This document shows positions 51,998 to 64,000 of a stretch of 64,000 nucleotides of DNA, in pieces. The DNA is from Somniosus microcephalus (lineage: Eukaryota). Each line of letters starts with the position of its first letter. Position 1 is the first letter of the stretch. Made by a program: the position numbers and the translations under genes. A model generated the notes under the pieces. The model was not told where the DNA came from. It saw only the letters and a program-made list of their open reading frames with translations, and made no database searches. The stretch is from assembly GCA_052327205.1 (NCBI GenBank), contig CM126212.1, positions 95,728,001 to 95,792,000 on the forward strand, in the 5' to 3' direction.

Positions 51998-53013
51998 TTC
52001 AGACCAAGGAGCTCATCGTGGACTTCAGAAGCCACCGAGGGAACCACCGCCCCATCAGCATAGACGGGACACCAGTGGAAGTCGTCAGTTGCTTCCGATT
52101 CCTGGGACTGCAGATCTCCGATGACCTGGCCTGGAACCACAATACCGAGGCCATGCTGAAGGCGGCACACCAGCGCCTCTACCCTCTACGGTGCCTGAGG
52201 AAATGCGGCATAAGCACACAATGGCTTGAGAACTTTTACCGCGGCACCATAGAGAGCGTCCTAACAGGTGGTGTCAATGTGTGGTATGGTAACACCACTG
52301 CACAGGACAGGAAAGCCATCCAGAGGGTTGTGAGGACGGCAGAAAAGATCATCGGGTGTGCACTTCCGCCCATCGAGGAGATCTTCCAGACCAGGTGTCG
52401 GAACAAGGCCTGCTCTATCATCCAGGACCCCAATCACCCTGGGCACGAACTGTTCTCCCTCCTGCGGTCCGGCCGTCGGTGCTGCAGCATCTGAACCAGG
52501 ACCAGCAGGTTCAAGAACAGTTTCTACCCACAGGCAGTGCGCCTACTGAACTGCTAACCGCACTGCCCCATATATCATAGTCACATTCTCCCCCCCACCC
52601 TGGAATTGTATATCACATGAACCATGAGCGCACAAGAACATTCTTGATCACTGGACTGTGTGCACATAGGACTCTTGTACCTCAACCTTAACTTATAAAA
52701 CTTATATAACTTATAACTCATTTGTACATTGCACACTGTATTTTAACTTATACTTATTTATATATAAATATAGATCTTATACTACCATATACTTATCATA
52801 TTACATTACTATTACTTCCAGTGGTAATAGAGGCTTTTTGCACTATTCATCATATCCTGCAACTTGGACTATCATTGCTATACTTATTTGCTTATTGTTT
52901 CTATATTTATACTTGTTTTTACTTTTGCTTTTTCTATTTATATTGTGGGAGTGAGGAGTAAGCATTCCATTGTACCAGTTACATATAGCAATAAAATGGA
53001 TCTTGAATCTTGA
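51998..53013 (+). mobile_element. Rex1/Babar-clade LINE, 3' fragment
   Basis: TKELIVDFR...FRFLG...QRLYPLR...FYRGTIESVLT...WYGN...IQRVVRTAEKIIG...HPGHELFSLL is a Rex1/Babar C-terminus. AT-rich 3'UTR ending AATAAA...(atcttga)2. Confidence 0.8.
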
Positions 53014-53114
53014 AGCCCAAGACATTAAGCTGGGTGACCAACCCTAGTTCAATGGGGAGTGTAGAAAGGCTTGCCAAGAGGCACCAAGCATACCTTAGAA
53101 TGAGGCACCAACGT

Positions 53115-53394
53115 CATAAGAATGTAAGAAATAGGAGCAGGAGTGATTTCTGTGATCTGTGATTTCTGTGAGTAGGCCATTCTGCCCCTCGAGCCTGCTC
53201 CGCCATTCAATAAGATCATGGCTGATCTTCTACCTCAACTCCACCTTCCCGCACTATCCCCATATCCCTTAATATCCAAAAATCTATCGATCAGTCTTTA
53301 ATATACTCAATGACTGAGCATTCACAACTCTCTGTGGTAGAGAATTCCAAAGATTCATAACCTTTGAGTGAAGAAATTTCTTCTCATCTCAGTC
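53115..53394 (-). mobile_element. CR1 LINE 3' end
   Basis: Homologous to 35870-36120; carries a 25-bp insert at 53145-53169. Confidence 0.85.
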
Positions 53395-53850
53395 ATGAGG
53401 CTGGCTCAGTGGGTAACACTACCACAATCAGAAACTGTGGGTTCAAGTCCCACTCCAGTGACTTGAGCACAAAATCTAGGCCGACGCTCCAGTGCAGTAC
53501 TGAGGGAGTGCTGCGCTGTCAGAGGTACCGTCTTTCGGATGAGATGTTAAACCGAGGCCCCAATTGCCTGCTCAGGTGGATACAATAGATCCCATTGCAT
53601 GGCCTTGAAGAGCAGGGGAGTTCTCTCCGGTATCCTGGCCAATATTTGCCACTCAACTAACATCACTAAAAACAGATTATCTTGTCATTTATCACGTTGC
53701 TGTTTGTGGGAGCTTGCTGTGCACGAATTGGCTGCAGCATTTCCTACATTACAACAGTGACCACATTTCAAAAGTGCTTAAATTGGCTGTAAAATGCTTT
53801 GGGACGTCCTGAGGTCACGAAAGGTGCTATGTAAATGCAAGTATTTCTTT
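53395..53850 (+). mobile_element. SacSINE1-like DeuSINE, near full length
   Basis: Collinear with 33931-34385, including gtctttcggatgagatgttaaaccgaggcccc and the aaatgcaag tail. Confidence 0.85.
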
Positions 53851-56284
53851 ACAACACAAGACTACGTACAAGCTGCTTAAGTAAATAGAAGTCATCCTCG
53901 GCAGCCCCCACACCTTTCCATTTGGAGCACGTGTTAAATTAAATGTGTTTTTGTTTGGTAGTTAGAGAACACATGGCAGGTACAATTGAGGCTTTCAACT
54001 TTATTTTTTTTTTTAAATTTAAATAAAAAGATTCCTGAATATTTCCAGTGAAAAGGACCAGCTCCAAATCCTGCAGTGCAGTTGGAGAGGGAGGGGTGCA
54101 GGTGGGGGCATGAGTTTGAATTCCATAACCGCACAAGGTTACAGAACAAAACAACTGAATATATATATAAAAATTAAAAAAGCCCAACATTTCCTGTCCA
54201 TGCGCATCGCACTCAAATTTGTGTCACACCTGAAAAATTATAAAGAAACAAAGGCAGTCATTTGACAGGGGCCGGAATGTCTGTAAACTGAGTGAATTTA
54301 CCAAATCACACAAACACAAAATTGGCAGGTTTATGACCTTGAGCAATTAAAATCCGACCTCACCCAGTGTTTACTCAACAGCAGTTGGATTTTGTGGCCT
54401 TTACTAGGACATAACTTCACTTTAGTGAATACTACATTCGGCATTACATGGCCTGCCTTACACTGAGCAATGCCACGGGAGATCAGCTCGTTCCATAAAC
54501 ATACATAAAATGTGGAAATCTGTAATAGGTCAATTACCTTTCACAAAACGGCTTTGTATTGAATACCAGAGACTGTTAATTCAACAAATTAAATTCTGTT
54601 CCTGAATGGTGTATTCTGCCCATTTCCATCCTCTCCTGTTTCAATATCCTTTCCCAAGATCTCTCATACAATTCAAGCAAGTACTTTCTGCCTGAGGTGT
54701 CTATGTGGACCATGAACTCCTGGGTATAATCAGGATGACTTAAAACAGGATTGAACACAGCGCCTCATTCAGCCATCGGAAAATTTCCTCAGAGCTTTAC
54801 GACCATGCTGAGAAGAGTTTCTGGGTGAGGTCCGTCAATGTTGGTGCTGCTTGACCACGACCTCTTATGAAGTTCTGTCATCCCAAGGAAAAAACAAAAG
54901 CTGGGAGTAACAGACAGGCCAGTGTGTGTTGGATCTACTGCTAATGGGGAGACGTTACACGCCCACTACAAGGTCAATAAGAAAAAAAATTAGCATCACA
55001 AATATATGGCCATTTTGGGAAAATATGATCCCATCAGCCAGTGAAAGGCCAGTTTCGAACCCACTCGGCCACCCCAGTTACCAGATGTATACTTTTGAAA
55101 AGTTACTTCAACCAGGTGATTTTTGCTGATTCGATAAAAGGAGTTAGTCCTTGAGCTACAGTACATGGTCCACTTTAACTGTGGAATAAAAACATACCAA
55201 AATACTTTAATATGCCAACTTCCCTTACATGTAATGGCGGGTGGTGGGTTTAAGATGAACCTACCTTTCAGTTTATGCAGTAAGTATAGGAAGATGTGCT
55301 TCAAGTAATATTGTACTGCTGGAACATACTTTGGTAACTCAGATTACAAATTTCATGAATAACCAGAGTTTATTGTATTCCAGACCCTTTCGCTATTATT
55401 CTAAGGATTTGCTGCAGGTTTCAGGAGTATCCCAGTATCAAAGAAATTAGATCTGATAAATTGGAGTTCCATAGCATTCCCAACAGATTCTGGTGCATTA
55501 CGCTGGGATTTCATTAATGTGGATAAAATGGTTTCATAACACGAAAAGATGATTAAAAAAAATTAACAACGTTTTAAATATTTACCTGACACCTCAGCAC
55601 AAACGATAGCCCTTGTAATTTTAGGCCGCAGCACATCAGCAATTCAATATTCCGTATGTCCTAAAATTGACAAGTTATAGATTGCGGTTTTACAGAAAGT
55701 TGGCAAAATTCTTGCAGTGAGACATGCGTGTTCATACTTACCCAAAATCATCAGTCTCACCACTAAAAATAAACCCCATGAAAATTTAAATAACAGAACT
55801 TTGATGCTACCTCCTCTAAAAAGAATGTTTAAATAGTAGATGGCTAAAACAGCGTGTGTTGTAAAAACCACCCCACCCCCCCAATTTTGGTTTTATCTAC
55901 TTGCCAGGAAAATTACAGGCAAGACTATTTTGCATGTCAACTTGTGCAACAAGTGCAATAAAATTACTTTGTGTATATAATCACCAAAGCAAGTTTCAAA
56001 CTCACAAAACCAGTTTCAGAAACACCGAGCACACCGAGTGCCAAGACTGCTAATATCATCAAGCAGATAAGGCTGTGTATAGGTCAATTTACCATGTAGC
56101 TATGGTCGTCTGAGCATTACGAATGAAGCCGCTGAGTTTTGTCATCTCGCACTGTTAGGTTGTCTGGCTTGTTTATGAAAATACTGTGAAGACACATAGT
56201 AACAATGATCTGATCTCTAAGTTGGAAGGCAAAATTCAAAACTCACCAACAAGATGAAAAAAGAAGTCGGACAAAGTTAAATAT

Positions 56285-59200
56285 GTAAATTAATTCATTT
56301 GACTTTATTTTGAATATTAAATATCCACAGTGCATTTAAATTACAAACAATTTATCGAATTACACTATGCATGGAAATCAAAGTAAAAATATTACATATC
56401 AAAATGTACATATTTCATGGACAGTGACCTGATTTCTTTTTATTAACCGTGATATGTAATCAATAATTTCATAATATATTTTTATTAAATTACAAAAGGA
56501 AACCTTGTACCTATGACTTTGTTACATCATCTCCCATTTACAGACAGAATTAAACACTTATATACATCCAGTACCATCAAACATTAAGTTACACTTCTCA
56601 AATGTGCAAGATAAAGCAATGCATTGAACAAAATAATCTGGTATTTCCATCAATGATTTAAGTAGATTCAAAATAATGTAGAACACGCTACTGTTGACAA
56701 AAAAGTATACACAACTTTAGATTTTAAATGGGATGGGGGGGGGGGCGGAGCATCTTCAATATTTACAAATAATTTTCCAAGCATGAACCCCTACAGGAAG
56801 ATATTTTTAAAGGAACATGCAGTTTTTGATCATTGAGGCACAGTCCCATGGCTCACGTTTACAGGATTAGTCGGACCATACGGTAGTACCATACTGCATC
56901 GTTTAATTGAAAACATCTTAGACTTGTGCAGTAACACAGCAAAACATTCTGCATGCTGGAACCTATATTTGCACTTTGCTTTAATATGTTAGCAACAATT
57001 TATACAGGTTATCTTCGGCACTGCATTCTGAAAACGTTCAGTACTGTTGGAGGTGGGAACTGAGTGAATATTTGTTTAAAAAACAAATCGCCCAACAGCT
57101 GTACTGTTCTGAACAACCCAACTGGAAGCGAGATTAAAATTCATGGTGCGTGGCACAGAATAAAGCTGCTGCACACATAGCAAGACAAGTAATTGCACAA
57201 GTGTTTTTTGCCAGCTGTTGTGCCGGACAAAGAGTTTGGCATATGTGGCTTGCTCGATAACCACATTGCCCTCCATCAATGGTAATGTGGTTAACAGGAT
57301 CGCATTGTTCTTACGCGCATGTTACTTTTTGCCACTTCCTTAAACATCTCACCAGGAAAGTAACCGACTGACTAGCATTGGAAAAGGTACACAGCAACGG
57401 GTACAGACTGCCAACCACAAGAACACAAAAAAATACAAGTCTGCATTATTTTACTTCGCATAAAGAAGAGATAAGTGGGTCACTCACCTCAACTGTGTCT
57501 TCATAAGGCAACAGTCTAGATTGCCACGAAATTGCTGGGTCCCCCCTGGGGCCAATAGAATTGAATTGAAAACAGGTGATTTTGCATTACCTGTCCAAGG
57601 GCCAAATGTTTTTTTCCTAAATTATTTCTACCCTTGGTTGTGAAGAGCTTGGGTTCATAAATAGAAACATGTTTCACTGGAAAATATATATTCTGTACTT
57701 TTCACAAGAAACATGAAAATACTTTTTGCTTTGTACAGTTTTCTCTAGTAACAGCTCACAGCCGTCACAAACTGCTAGATAACAAGAAAGGATTTGTGTT
57801 CACGGTTACGATATTGCACAACTACCAATACTGGTAAAGTTACCAGTTTCAAAGTTAGAATTTGGCTAGTACCTCAATAATGTAATGGAGTATTCCATCG
57901 TAACAAATATGCGTGTACAAGAGAGGTATAGTAGTTTAATCCAAGTGAGAGGTGTGCTCCACTCTATCAAATATATATAGTCAATACGCTGTTTTCTAAC
58001 ATTCGACTGAACCAACAAAGTATTTCTGACTGACATATGACAGGATGCACCTCCATTCTTAACACAAAGCTGTTGTGCTCATCCCATCGCTTGATAAACA
58101 AACGTCCATCATTTTTACAAGATCACCATGGGGGGTGGGCAGACCCCACAGTACTGGAACTACATGCAAGTACAAAATCAACATGCTATATTTTGATGTT
58201 TAAAAAAAAAATTAAATATGTAAACAGTAATGTTGGAGTGAGTTACAAACTGTAAAACACAACCCAGGGATTACAGTAATCATTTATAGATAGCAAATAT
58301 GACTTCCTTGGATAAACGCATGAGACAGGGATGATGTGCAGTGGAGCAAGAATGTTTTGGTCAGGGCACTGCAATTTTTAGAGTGTGTTTATACTGCAAT
58401 TTTAGTATCACAACATGGTTTCTGCTTTGCAGAGGCACTAACTTGCAGTATAACTCGAGTCACAGCCAGTTCCTGGCCCCTGGATGCTTTTCAAACCTAT
58501 CATTTTAAAGCTGGTTTAAATATTTAGACAGCGTGGGACACTCCCACGAGTAGCGGAGCCCTGCAAACGTGTGCAAGGAAGTTAGAGCTATCTCCTGAGC
58601 AGGGGAAGTGCACTCCCTAGGCAGTATAAACAGGATACTGCCTGACCAGAATTTATACTCCAGCAATTGTTCCCAGACTGGTAGGTGAAGAGTAACAGCA
58701 ACAATAGAGAAGAGGTGCAACATTTTCACAATTTTCAAAGGTTCTTTTAAATATTGCTTTAAAATTTAATAAACATGGGGACATTCCACGTGTAAAATGT
58801 GACATTTTTCAAATCCATTACTGCTTCACTGTCCAGAACATCTACATACCTTCAGGCACTGAACTGGAGTGCTCAGGGATTAGCTCTGAATGGTACTGAA
58901 GTCCAGTCATTAATCTATATAGATCTGACATCTTAAGGGGTCATCCATTCTCTCTTTACCCTCTGACCTGATCAAACTCAGAAGGAAAATCCTACAGATT
59001 TCAACATCCAAAATTCAGTGGTGGGATCGGGAGAACTTGTGCTAATTTTACCAGTAATTAACAGACTAAACTCCAATTCCCGTTTCCCTTGTCATCAGCA
59101 TTTTTTTAAATTTAAAAAAGCCAATTACTGATTTTGTCTTACATTGTTCGCTACTGGTTAGTGGCGGTTTTGCTCAAATACATTATTCAATACATTCTCA

Positions 59201-62200
59201 TAAGCCTGAGTGATCAAAAGACCCAGCACTTGCAATTAATTTGATTTCAGAGAGTCAGGGCCTAGATATCAACCCATCAGATAAAACTGATGCCCTGGTC
59301 ATATCCACATTGCTCAATTTAGATAGAAGCAGCCTTCCAGCCAAATAGCCGATATACTTCGGACAAAACACATGCATTTGTTGTTATCCATTATCATCCA
59401 CATATACTATGAGTGAACTCGCCATTCCAAACAGTCTCATGGAGAAGTCTGTATCTTCACGGAGGTTTCTGGGATGAATCTAATTTATCTAACCTGCTTC
59501 CTGGAAAACCATTTTCACAAGGCAATTTTCAGTCCTGCATCAGTCTTTGATGCTTTTGCAACTGAAGAGGAGTCTTATTGATATGATTTTGTATGTCCTT
59601 TTTCCTGATACTGCAAAATATCTTGATGGCATGTCAAGCACCCCTGGCTTGCATCAATTAGGCGGAGCCCTCTGTAAAAGTCTGGACTTTGGTGCCTGCC
59701 CTTGGCTTAATTTCTTGTTATACAGGTCCTTCTAGCATTGCCCAGAAAGGTCACAGAAACGGAGTTCTGCAGATCGAAGGCAGGGCGGCCATCTATGTGA
59801 TTGTTAAAATTTCCACAGCAAAAGCTGGCATTTTCCAATTCTCTGGCAAAACCCGAGCCATAAAAAGCAGTGGGAGGCCAGGACTGCAAGCAGATTTCTC
59901 AACAGCTAGGCTTACTTGAGCTTAAAACCCACACAGCTCAATGTCCTGAAGATTCCTACCTCCCCCGCTCTAAAGTGGTACAATACAAGGTGCAACAGGC
60001 TTCAGTGTTCTTCCTACACCCCCACCCCACCCCACCCTCCAACAGCAAGCTGTCATTCCATCAATACAGGGCACCAGACATCCTGAAGTTGACAGTTCCA
60101 GTTCAAAAAAGTGCTTTCTTTTCTGTGGTGGTATTCCCCAGGACTAGGTAGATTTGTTACATTCCCAAGATCAGGAGCGAGGATGGAGATGTTGGAAAAA
60201 GAAAACACTCTGAATGGATCTGTACTGCGTTGTGCTGAGATGTATAAGGTTGCAGATTTGACCCGTGGCATCTCATGGGTTTGCTGATTTCAGCAGTAGT
60301 TGTCACACGGCTACCATCAGCAATCATGGCCCGGGATAAAGACTATCAAGCAAAGGCTCCTAATCACTAGCTAGTAACCCCCAGCTGGAAGCGTGCGCAT
60401 GTTGATATTGGGGAACGGGTGGGATCAGGATCAGGCTTGGCTGTGATGGATCCCATGATGAACAACTTCCAACGCTTAAAATCTAGGCTTACACATGGCC
60501 AACCTGGGTGAGGTACTAACCACAGGATACTACCTGGCACTTGACGCTTTTAGGATAAGAAAAATAAGGAAATAAAATTGGAGGAAAAATAGAAAATATA
60601 TTTTATACATTCACAGTTCAAATACGGTTTTTCATTCTGAGCACAGACTTTTCCTTGTGACCATCAAAGTTGCTTATCAGTCAACAGGAAACACGCTTCA
60701 ACAATCAACAGGAAACTTAGCTGATTTTCCCTCGGTTTTAATCTCTAAATCTCTGCGGCCAAAAATAAATCTACTATAGCAGCTCTGTCAGATGTTGTCT
60801 GTAGAGGGGCGCAGAATTAATTACAATTTCTGTTTAAGTTAAAGCTGGGATTCGTACCACTGAATAGGCATCGAATGCTCCATTTGGGCAGTCAGACCTT
60901 TTCCACTCTTCTCCAGTATTCACTCTTGGAAAGTCACCACTGTACCTGAAGCACTGTCGATTTACCCTCTCCACTACGCTACCTCGTGCCATACTTGTGC
61001 AACTATTTTGCTATCTGCACGACATGTTTAGTATAACATTTAGTCACTAAAAGTTACACTACTTATGACACCATTACTCAGTCACCATAGCTTTTGTAAT
61101 ATACAAACCCCAACATCACAGAATTGGTGGGCTGTGGATAAGGGCGTAGACACTTGGAGCAGTAACATCTGCCGAGAGCCACAGGCAAGAGGAAGATGGA
61201 CCACAGCTGGCCTCTGGGCTGCAATATATGGCTACAAGGGTACCAGTGACTTACAAAAAAAAAACTATGAAAACACACCACTCACATGGGCCTCAAAATA
61301 AATAGGATCACTAAGAATTTTAGAACTGAAGCACATGAACTATGTACTGTAAATATCAGTTGCTACGTTGTAAAGTTATATCTCTAAAATTATTTGCGTT
61401 TCTTGAATTTTTGAAGGCTTGCATACAGAACGGTTAGTACACACTGGTCACAGCTGTGGGGGGGGTTGTTTCAAAACCAATTATGTCATTTGTAGTGTTC
61501 AAAATATAAAAAGGATTCAGTTGTGTGACACTGATTTCATACAGCTGTTGGCAGGCTGGCTGCAACCTTTGCAAACTCCATTATTGCTGTACATATACAC
61601 TGCGGCCCAGTCTTAAAAGAACAGGAACAATTATCAAAAGGCATATGGAATATTCATGCAGCTAAAAGTATGCATCTGAAAATGACAATCATAAAACAAT
61701 GTTTCAGGCATCCCATCTATATTCCTACTGGAAACTAAGACTGCCACATTGGACAGTAATATCTGCATATGGAGGTGATCGAGAGCTCAGCTACAAAACC
61801 AGAGTACTAGAAAATCACTGGACACATTTTACATAAAGAGCATAATGCAGATTCTGGAACAAAACATCCTTTTAACCTCCAATGCACCTTTCAGGAGACA
61901 TAGCATGAAATCTAGCTTATCGTTTACCCTCTCTCTCTCCCCTACCCCTGAAAAAAGCAAGCATTTACTGGCTAACTATAACACTTCATACAGAAAATTG
62001 CAGATAAAATGTATCATTTTTTTCAAGTCTTCATTACAGTATTTTAAAGGGAACAAAAACCTTAGTGAACAATGAACAATCCTATGTTCTGCCAAACTGA
62101 AGTTATACATAAAGCTGTAAGGAATTCGATAGGAGATTGCCAAGTGTTGTGTCCATAGGCAACTCAAGGTTTTTGCCCAGACTTCTTTTAAGCCCACCTT

Positions 62201-62425
62201 GATCCGACACGGACTGCTGTCCGACAACGACAAAATATCTTTAATATACCATACACAAAAATTCAAACATTTTATACCTTTTTGTGAACTGACTCATTAC
62301 ATTTTCTTGGAAGAGGATTTGGTGATTCATCCATCTTATTTTAAATCTGAACTGGCTTGATCTGTCAAATTGCCCGATTATTAAAAAAAAGGAAAATCAA
62401 TGCACCCTTCCTTCCCTGTTGTGTT
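56285..62425 (-). other. lmtk2: Probable long 3'UTR of lmtk2
   Basis: Follows the stop codon at 62426; AT-rich and repeat-poor. Cluster of minus-strand AATAAA at 56304-56309, 56439-56444 and 56481-56486. The 3' end is inferred. Confidence 0.5.
60240..60545 (+). repeat. Old interspersed SINE-like repeat, family unassigned
   Basis: ggctgtgat...atggccaacctgggtgaggtact also occurs reverse-complemented near 27080-27145 (agtacctcacgcaaggtggccat...atcacagcc). Confidence 0.4.
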
Positions 62426-62454
62426 TCAATCCTTTTCTCCATCTTCACTGCTTC
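62426..62454 (-). CDS. lmtk2: Last coding exon of lemur tyrosine kinase 2; upstream exons lie beyond the right edge
   Basis: Minus strand reads ttttaccctttgttcctAG|GA AGC AGT GAA GAT GGA GAA AAG GAT TGA = (G)SSEDGEKD*, matching the recalled human LMTK2 C-terminus GSSEDGEKD. Strong acceptor and the expected synteny with bhlha15. Confidence 0.85.
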
Positions 62455-63649
62455 CTAGGAACAAAGGGTAAAAACAAACAGAGATTACAGAAGCATTAAA
62501 CTTCACTGACAGACCAGTGAAGTGTTAATTATTCTCATTTTTGTTGGTTTTATATGCAGAGTTAGAGTTGGGGTGGGGGAAGGAGGAGGAGGAGGAGGAG
62601 GAAGTAAACTCTTTTTTTTAAAAAGGGTTGCTCATTGTCATTAACCCTCATCCCAGGAGAATACACTGTGCCACAGCCTTTTAAATCACTGCTTCGCTGC
62701 ACCAAACCACTGCTTCAGATTATCTCATCTTGACTATCATTAATCTCCACACATCTTGCATTATTGGTCGAGACCCTTCACCAAGGCTTCTGAACAAAAG
62801 AAATTGTGAGAGCACGTTTCACCAGTCTTGGGCACTACCCACATACGTCTGTGAAAATATGCACAGGCTGCATCAAGATTGCGTGGGGGAGGGAAGGAAA
62901 GAGGAACTTATATGGAATATTGTATGGAACATAAAATGTTACAGCATTGATGGGGAAAGCGAGGGGTGCAAGTAGGCAATGATGCAGGGTGGGAGAGTGT
63001 GGTCTTGGTGACAGACCGATTGTGGGCGGGGGGACCAAATGAGAGATAAAAAAATCTCGGTAGAGTCTAACGGAACTCGAGAGTTTGCACATCACTAGAT
63101 TCAGCCTGAGCAGCAGCTGGGAAGATTAACAAGAGTCAGATCCGCAGGCAAGTAAGTGGTTGCCAGAGACAAAAAATGATGGCTTTGAACTTGCTGACAT
63201 CTCGCTGAAGAAGTTTTGACTCATCCCAGGATTTGATGTCAGATGAAAAAGCTTTTTCTTTTGAATTTGATGTTACTGGTAGAATTGGGTGTCACAAGTA
63301 CGTGTGGAACTTGACCCTCTTTCTGCTTTACTTTTTTTTTTAAATGGGTAAATAATCCTGGCTTACTTTTGACATTAAAAACAAAATAAGGAGATAGAAA
63401 GGAAATGCTGATCCCCTAGATCATGTCTATTTGGTGGCTATTTTCCTAGTGCAGATACTGCACAGCTGGTGCACTCACACCCATGCATGTGTTCTATTCA
63501 CACTGTTGTTCCAATGATAGCCTTGATAAGCAAAAGAACTTGGCATTAGCTGTACAGCTACAAATTTGGCCCACTGATTGCCCAATGTATACACCCCTGT
63601 GTAAGCCTCAATAGACAAGCGACTGTGAACCTGCTCTGAAAGGCACTGC

Positions 63650-64000
63650 TGAATCATAAAGCACAGGAGGCCATTTGACCCATCGTGCCTGTGCCAGCTC
63701 TTTGAAAGAGCTCTCCAATTAGTCCCACTCCCCTGCTCTTTCCCCACAGCCCTACCAATATTTCCTTTTCAAGTATTCAATTCTCTACTGAAAGTTACTA
63801 TTGAGTCTGCTTCCACTACCCTTTCAGGCAGCACATTCCAGATCATCATAACTCGGGTAAAAAAAAACTCATCTCCCCATTAGTTTTTTTTTGCCAATTA
63901 CCTTAAATTTGTCTCCTCTGGTTACCGACTCTCCTGCCAGCAGAAACAATTTCTCCCTATCTACTCCATCAAAACACCTCAAAATTTTGGCCACCACTAT
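63650..64000 (-). mobile_element. CR1 LINE 3' fragment, cut by the window edge
   Basis: Reverse-complement homologue of 31100-31350 (ggaggccatt...gtgccagctctttgaaagag...ccctttcaggcagcacattccagatc). Confidence 0.8.

Noticed and set aside
62700-63110. Possible further Penelope/hammerhead remnant (minus strand ttggtgaagggtctcgacc)
   Set aside because: The core is too degenerate (no CTGANGA or GAAA) to support a call.

Overview
Eukaryotic DNA, almost certainly from a cartilaginous fish (shark or ray), judging by its HE1-like SINEs, SacSINE1-like DeuSINEs and abundant CR1 LINEs. Bases 1-25405 are a satellite array (open at the left edge) of about 800 monomers of ~31 bp (GACTGAAGGAGACAATAACCCAGCACCCTGT). 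It has kb-scale higher-order duplications and a duplicated SINE insertion; every ORF called there is an artefact of the repeat. Bases 25.4-53.9 kb are transposon-rich (CR1, L2, Rex1/Babar, SINEs and Penelope-type fragments carrying hammerhead ribozyme cores). This stretch contains one real gene, a minus-strand bHLH factor matching BHLHA15/MIST1 (CDS 43326-43928). Near the right end is the last coding exon of LMTK2 (GSSEDGEKD*, 62426-62454, minus strand) with a probable ~6 kb 3'UTR, the same LMTK2->BHLHA15 order as in human. The most interesting observations are a tandem pair of minimal Penelope-type hammerheads, a uORF whose stop codon overlaps the bhlha15 start codon, and a SINE insertion in the satellite whose empty site survives in paralogous blocks. 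Family names rest on recalled consensus sequences, not database searches, and repeat boundaries are approximate.
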